DNA of 12,028 nt from Fidelibacterota bacterium (GTDB lineage: Bacteria; Fidelibacterota; Marinisomatia; Marinisomatales; UBA2128). The stretch covers positions 1-12,028 of the forward strand of contig JBHHUM010000064.1 of NCBI GenBank assembly GCA_046861645.1. The letters are read 5' to 3'. The notes beneath the pieces are model-generated. The model made no database searches and was not told where the DNA came from. It saw only the letters and a program-made list of their open reading frames with translations. Made by a program: the position numbers and the translations under genes. This document shows positions 7,846 through 12,028 of the stretch, piece after piece. Every line of letters begins with the position of its first letter. Positions within the stretch are counted from its first letter, which is position 1.

Positions 7846-9074
7846 GACGATTTCCCTTTAATCGTTAACCATGGTAACAACCGAAAGGTGACAAAACTAT
7901 CAACCGACAACTTCCCATCACCTGGTTCCACTCCAATGATGCAATTGGCCTCCAACGCAGATGATAACATATGTGAACCAGTTTTAGGGGATGGTTTACA
8001 CCACAGAGCTTCATTATCCACCCAAACAGTACCCAATAGGAAACGGTACTTATGTGGATCACGCGGAAATGGGGTTGCCAATTTGGCTTTGAGAAGTTCT
8101 GATTCAGTTCCCATGATTTGCTCAATCGCCAGCCAGACATATTCCATGAATCCGATAAAGGCTGAAACAGGATTCCCAGGTAATCCGAAGACAAGTTTAT
8201 CACCTTTTGTACCAAAAAAGAGGGGCTTTCCTGGTTTTTGAGCCACCTTCCAAAAATGCTGTATCACACCAATTTCTTCTAGAACATCCTTCATGAAATC
8301 AAATCGCCCCATAGAGATACCACCTGTAGAAACCACGATATCACACCTTTCCAGTGCTTTAACAAGAAAGCTGAGGATAGCACTTCTATCATCAGCAACA
8401 ACGTGTTGCATCACAACTTCAGCACCAGCCAGTTCTACCAGATCGGATATGACAGGCAGATTGGAATTGTAGATTTCTCCTTCTTCAAGAGACTCACCAG
8501 GTGCAACCAGTTCATCACCAGTAGCAAAAAGAGCAATTCTAGGACGCTTGGCGACAAGAACTTCTTTATACCCAAAATTGGCCAAAGTACCGATTTCTGC
8601 AGGACCGATTCGAGCGCCTTTGACAATAAGAACCTTGCCACGGTTAATCTCTTCTCCGGCAAAGCGGATGTTTTCACCAGAGCTGGCCTGGCGATAGATA
8701 TCAACGTTATTATTGGACTTAAAACCACTGGTATTCTCAACTATTACGATAGCATCAGCCCCCTCAGGAATGACTGCTCCAGTCATACACTGTACACATT
8801 GACCTGGTTGTATAAATCCTTTGTAGGGATTCCCTGCAGAGGATATACCTTTAATCTCCAACTTTTTTGGCATCTTCTGGGTGGCACCAATTGTATCTTC
8901 AGCTCGAACAGCAAAGCCATCCATGGCAGAATTATCAAACCGAGGCATTGGAAAGGTAGCCCGTACATCCTGCGCCAGAATCCGAGAACTGACTTTCTCC
9001 AGAGGTTCATTCCCAGTCCCTATAGGTCGTGAGGATCTTTGAACTATCGTTTTTGCTTCATGCACAGAAATCAT
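7842..9074 (-). CDS. moeA: Molybdopterin molybdotransferase MoeA (gephyrin E-domain-like)
   Basis: PRFDNSAMDGFAV, MTGA.IP.GADA, TGDEL, NSN, STGGISMG, QKPGKP, LPGNPVSA and GSHMLSS motifs. Confidence 0.96.
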   Translation of the reverse strand: MISVHEAKTIVQRSSRPIGTGNEPLEKVSSRILAQDVRATFPMPRFDNSAMDGFAVRAEDTIGATQKMPKKLEIKGISSAGNPYKGFIQPGQCVQCMTGAVIPEGADAIVIVENTSGFKSNNNVDIYRQASSGENIRFAGEEINRGKVLIVKGARIGPAEIGTLANFGYKEVLVAKRPRIALFATGDELVAPGESLEEGEIYNSNLPVISDLVELAGAEVVMQHVVADDRSAILSFLVKALERCDIVVSTGGISMGRFDFMKDVLEEIGVIQHFWKVAQKPGKPLFFGTKGDKLVFGLPGNPVSAFIGFMEYVWLAIEQIMGTESELLKAKLATPFPRDPHKYRFLLGTVWVDNEALWCKPSPKTGSHMLSSALEANCIIGVEPGDGKLSVDSFVTFRLLPWLTIKGKSS

Positions 9075-9811
9075 ATCATCATCTTCCTGGTTAACAACAC
9101 GATAGCTGTGACAACAACTATACCCATCATTTTCTGAATTGTACGGGGTTGAAATTGGAAAGAACCCATATACGAACCCACTAAACCCCCTAAAAAGACT
9201 GCACCGATAAGCGGAAACATAAAATCTAAATCTAAAGCTCCTCTTTGCATGCGGGCAAAAAGACCTACAGCTGAATTGACCCAGATAAATAGAGTTCCGG
9301 CAGTAGCAGCCTCTTTTTCATCTCCCAATCCCATCATGATGATCACCGGAACGAGAAAAACACCCCCACCAATACCCACTGCTCCCGCTACAAAACCTAA
9401 CACTGCACCCAAAACCAAAGAACTGGGTAGTACCAGTTTTTGAGATACAGAAGTTTTCCAGCGGAGATCCTGAATAGTATAGATACGAAGGGCTACAAAA
9501 ATTAGTGAAATCAGGAGTAAAACGTAGAAAATATTTTTATCTAAATGGAGTATTCCACCTATAAAAGATAATGGAATAGACGTTATTAGGAATGGTAATA
9601 CTAACTGTAACCTAAGATGATTCCCTCGCCAGAAACTGATAAATGCAATCAATGTGACTAAAAGATTCAGTGTAAGAGATGTAGTAGGTATAAGTTGGTA
9701 GTTTATTCCCCAAATTGCCATGAGAGCCGTGTATGATGATCCACCCCCGAGACCAACACTGGAGTAGAGTACTGCTACAAAGAAAAACAGGATCGGCAGA
9801 ATAAAATCCAT
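9071..9811 (-). CDS. TauE/SafE (TSUP) family membrane transporter
   Basis: About 8 TM segments with the internal repeat YSSVGLGGGSSY / GAVGIGGGVFLVP. ATG 9811 overlaps the moaC stop (TGATG), and its own stop overlaps the moeA start (ATGA). Confidence 0.88.
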   Translation of the reverse strand: MDFILPILFFFVAVLYSSVGLGGGSSYTALMAIWGINYQLIPTTSLTLNLLVTLIAFISFWRGNHLRLQLVLPFLITSIPLSFIGGILHLDKNIFYVLLLISLIFVALRIYTIQDLRWKTSVSQKLVLPSSLVLGAVLGFVAGAVGIGGGVFLVPVIIMMGLGDEKEAATAGTLFIWVNSAVGLFARMQRGALDLDFMFPLIGAVFLGGLVGSYMGSFQFQPRTIQKMMGIVVVTAIVLLTRKMMI

Positions 9812-10752
9812 CAATGCCCACCCCCTTGCAAGATATGGAAGGCATGATAAATGCCCGGAATTAGAACATTGAGAGCATCTTTTACTGCACCCGGATTACC
9901 TGGTAAGCAAATGACAATAGCACTTTCAACTACACCTGCAGCTAACCGGGAAAGCATAGCTGTAGGCGTGGAGCTACGACCCCGTGCATGAAGAGCCTGT
10001 TCAATACCTGGCAACCTTGATTCAAATAAGGGTTCCACAATAGAAAGAGTCAGATCACTAACACTGAGTCCTGTACCGCCAGTAGTCACAATCAATTCCA
10101 CACCTTCTTTGATCCATGAATGAATTGTATCTGTTAAGTCCTTAGCACCGTCTGGGAATACAGAATAGTGCTTCACAGAACAACCATCTGCTTGAAATCC
10201 TTCTTTTAATAAAACCCCTGAGACATCCTTTCTCTTCCCTGAAGCGACCCCATCTGAAAGAGTGATAACCCCCACATTTGGTCGAAATGTTGTGGTAAAT
10301 TGGGTACGACCCCCAGTCTTGGATAAGAGCTTGATATCTTTAATCTTCAGGGTCGTATCGACCCCTTTGCACATATCGTAAATAGTAAGGGCCGCTACAG
10401 AAACTGCTGTCAGCGCTTCCATTTCTACACCTGTCGCTTCGTTAGGTTTCCCGGTGGAATGAATACTGATTCCATCCTCCCGGATATCGAAGTAAATATC
10501 AATCCAGGTGAGATTAAGCTGATGACTCAAGGGAATCAGCTCTGAGGTCTTCTTCGCAGCAGCAATACCGGCAATCTTGGCCGTGGTTAGAACATTCCCT
10601 TTAGGAATAGACTTATCCTGGATGGCTGCAATGGTCTCCGGTAACATGACAATCTTTCCAACAGCTTCCGACGTTCTGAAAGTGGCAATTTTATCGGTTA
10701 CATCTACCATATTGATCTTACCTCTCTTATCTAAATGTGAAAAATCTGCCAT
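9811..10752 (-). CDS. moaC: Bifunctional MoaC (cPMP synthase) fused to a MogA/MoaB-like MPT adenylyltransferase domain
   Basis: N-half: FSHLD...MVDV, KGNVL..AKIAGI.AAKKT, LIPLSH, TGVEMEAL, TIYDMCK, KTGG. C-half: VITLSD, DVSG, TTGGTG...DLT, AMLSR, CLPGNP. Confidence 0.94.
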   Translation of the reverse strand: MADFSHLDKRGKINMVDVTDKIATFRTSEAVGKIVMLPETIAAIQDKSIPKGNVLTTAKIAGIAAAKKTSELIPLSHQLNLTWIDIYFDIREDGISIHSTGKPNEATGVEMEALTAVSVAALTIYDMCKGVDTTLKIKDIKLLSKTGGRTQFTTTFRPNVGVITLSDGVASGKRKDVSGVLLKEGFQADGCSVKHYSVFPDGAKDLTDTIHSWIKEGVELIVTTGGTGLSVSDLTLSIVEPLFESRLPGIEQALHARGRSSTPTAMLSRLAAGVVESAIVICLPGNPGAVKDALNVLIPGIYHAFHILQGGGH

Positions 10753-10785
10753 GTCATCATATTGTTATATTAATACGACTAATAA

Positions 10786-11826
10786 TCATCCTCCAATCTG
10801 AGTCATGCTTTCCCGATGGTATCCATTTATTTTTTGTGCTTCCTTACCATCTCTTGGTTTGAGCCACAAGGCCTGTTTGAACAACTGAGCGATTTCTTCA
10901 TCAGTAGCACCTGTCCGTATCAGATCTCTCAAATTGAACTCATAATCAGAATAGAGACAGTTACGGATTTTGCCATCCGCAGTAAGCCTGATACGGTTGC
11001 ATGAACTACACAAACTCCTGGTAAAAGATGGGATCACAGCTATTTTACCTTCATAATCTGGTACCCTAAATACATATTCCTCAGTAGAGCTTCCTGTTGA
11101 TTTACTCAAGTAGGGATAGTGAGCATAAAGTAGCTCAACAATTCTATCTGCACCTAGAAATTTCCCCGTCTTCCATATCTGGTGGGCGTCAAAGGGCATC
11201 AGCTCAATAAAGCGCACAGTGAGATGATTATCCTTGGTTAATTCAACGAAGTCGCTTATCTCATCCTCAATAAAACCACGCATAGCCACCACATTTACCT
11301 TGACTGATGGGAAACCAATTCCGAGAGCAAGTGAAAGTCCTTTCAGCACTTTGTATAGTCCATTTCGTCTAGTTATCTCCAAAAAACGATCATATCGGAG
11401 GGTATCCAAACTGATGTTTATTCCCTCCACACCTACCTCGAGAAGTTCATTAGCCATTTGTGGAAGGAGTAAGCCATTAGTGGTAATGTGAATGGATGTA
11501 ATCTCAGGAACATTGTTGACTTCCCGGAGAAGTGAAATAAGATCTGAATAGATCAAGGGTTCACCACCTGTGAACCGGATCTTCCTTACTCCGAGTGAAG
11601 TAGTTATTGATACCAGTCTCACTAATTCATCTGGGGTTAATCTTTTCTCTTCTGGTTGGAAAACTATACCCTCTTCCGGCATACAGTAGAGACACCGGAA
11701 ATTACACTTTTCGTTTACAGCAATACGGAGATAATTAAAAACTCGACCGAATTGATCGAGGAGGAGATTGCCATTTGTAGATGATACTACTGGCGCAGAT
11801 GAAATTGTCCTTTCACTTTTAATCAT
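10786..11826 (-). CDS. moaA: GTP 3',8-cyclase MoaA (radical SAM)
   Basis: D.FGR...YLRI, CNFRCLYC (CxxxCxxC), RFTGGEP, NISLDTL, RFIELMP, C-terminal CSSCNRIRL...NCL cluster and terminal QIGG. Start placed at ATG 11826, with AAGGAG 5 nt upstream. Confidence 0.97.
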   Translation of the reverse strand: MIKSERTISSAPVVSSTNGNLLLDQFGRVFNYLRIAVNEKCNFRCLYCMPEEGIVFQPEEKRLTPDELVRLVSITTSLGVRKIRFTGGEPLIYSDLISLLREVNNVPEITSIHITTNGLLLPQMANELLEVGVEGINISLDTLRYDRFLEITRRNGLYKVLKGLSLALGIGFPSVKVNVVAMRGFIEDEISDFVELTKDNHLTVRFIELMPFDAHQIWKTGKFLGADRIVELLYAHYPYLSKSTGSSTEEYVFRVPDYEGKIAVIPSFTRSLCSSCNRIRLTADGKIRNCLYSDYEFNLRDLIRTGATDEEIAQLFKQALWLKPRDGKEAQKINGYHRESMTQIGG

Positions 11827-11978
11827 GAAATCTCCTTCCAATGGTGTCTGTCACAGCTTCAAGAGGATCGCATGGACTGACAGGGAGCAAATTCCGGCGT
11901 TTCCCCCGGAACCGTACCGGCCTCATACCTTATCCTTCAAATTTACTGGATTTAGGTAAGTTGGCTTAGAAACTTCAC
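11825..11978 (-). ncRNA. Moco/Wco (molybdenum/tungsten cofactor) riboswitch-family element, P3-less variant
   Basis: Minus strand: P1 GUGAAGUUUCU/GGAGAUUUCAU (11 bp including GU pairs, covering the SD and AU of AUG). P2 GCC..UACCUAAA-UCC..GGA-UAAGGUA..GGC, with a CCUAA/UAAGG tetraloop-receptor-like motif. P4 GGUA-C-GGUUCCGG-G-G[GAAA]C-G-CCGGAAUU-UGCU. P5 CC...GG followed by AAGGAG. It sits directly upstream of moaA, the canonical location. Confidence 0.85.
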
Positions 11979-12028
11979 TTATGAAACTTAACTAATTTTC
12001 TCAGTCAAACACAGGTTAATAGTAGCCC

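Noticed and set aside
8403..9032. 209-aa plus-strand ORF, and the other antisense or alternate-frame ORFs in the track (e.g. 7825-8241, 5279-5590, 1635-1886, 11768-11959)
   Set aside because: They overlap well-supported minus-strand genes or the riboswitch and show no recognisable motifs. They are best explained as shadow ORFs.
10769..10788. ATTAATACGACT matches the first part of the T7 promoter
   Set aside because: The essential CACTATAG half is absent and there is no vector or phage context, so this is a chance match in an AT-rich spacer.
10761..10789. ATTGTTATAT resembles half of a ModE box
   Set aside because: The second half-site is poor, the site is inside the operon, and no modE is in the window.
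79..11826. Selenocysteine read-through or frameshifts at the many TGA stops
   Set aside because: Each TGA falls at the expected C-terminus of its family or in a stop/start overlap. No protein appears interrupted at a catalytic Cys position.
11827..11841. ORF-track TTG starts for moaA (11841), tauE (9814), USP (4417) and thiI (1260)
   Set aside because: Downstream ATGs have a better-spaced SD or a stop/start overlap. The moaA extension would run through its own SD and riboswitch P1.
11979..12028. Promoter for the moaA leader (TTGACT at 12008-12003; TAAGTT at 11990-11985)
   Set aside because: The spacing is only 12 nt. TAAGTT is well placed relative to the P1 start, but no consistent -35/-10 pair can be supported.
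1..12028. CRISPR arrays, IS elements or integrases, tRNA and rRNA genes
   Set aside because: I saw no spaced repeats, transposase-like ORFs or RNA-gene signatures. All intergenic gaps are under about 200 nt.

Overview
All 13 credible protein-coding genes lie on the minus strand. In transcription order (right to left) they form three blocks. (1) A molybdenum/tungsten-pterin cofactor biosynthesis cluster: moaA, moaC-mogA/moaB fusion, TauE/SafE membrane protein, moeA, rhodanese-MoeB fusion, moaD, moaE. Its leader holds a Moco-family riboswitch whose P1 stem covers the moaA Shine-Dalgarno and start codon. This copy lacks P3, as in the tungsten-cofactor-associated variant, and has an enlarged 44-nt P5 loop with an extra hairpin. 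(2) A DASS/SLC13 anion symporter, a tandem universal stress protein and an SDR oxidoreductase. (3) A DUG3/EgtC-like class II amidohydrolase, a DUF2231-like membrane protein and a short rhodanese-less thiI, behind a near-consensus sigma70 promoter. The most interesting points are the riboswitch variant, the Zn-motif-less MoeB with an N-terminal rhodanese, a structured moeB-moaD spacer, and the clustering of sulfur-relay and oxyanion-transport genes. I saw no mobile elements, CRISPR arrays, tRNAs or rRNAs. All calls are by eye, without database searches or folding software.
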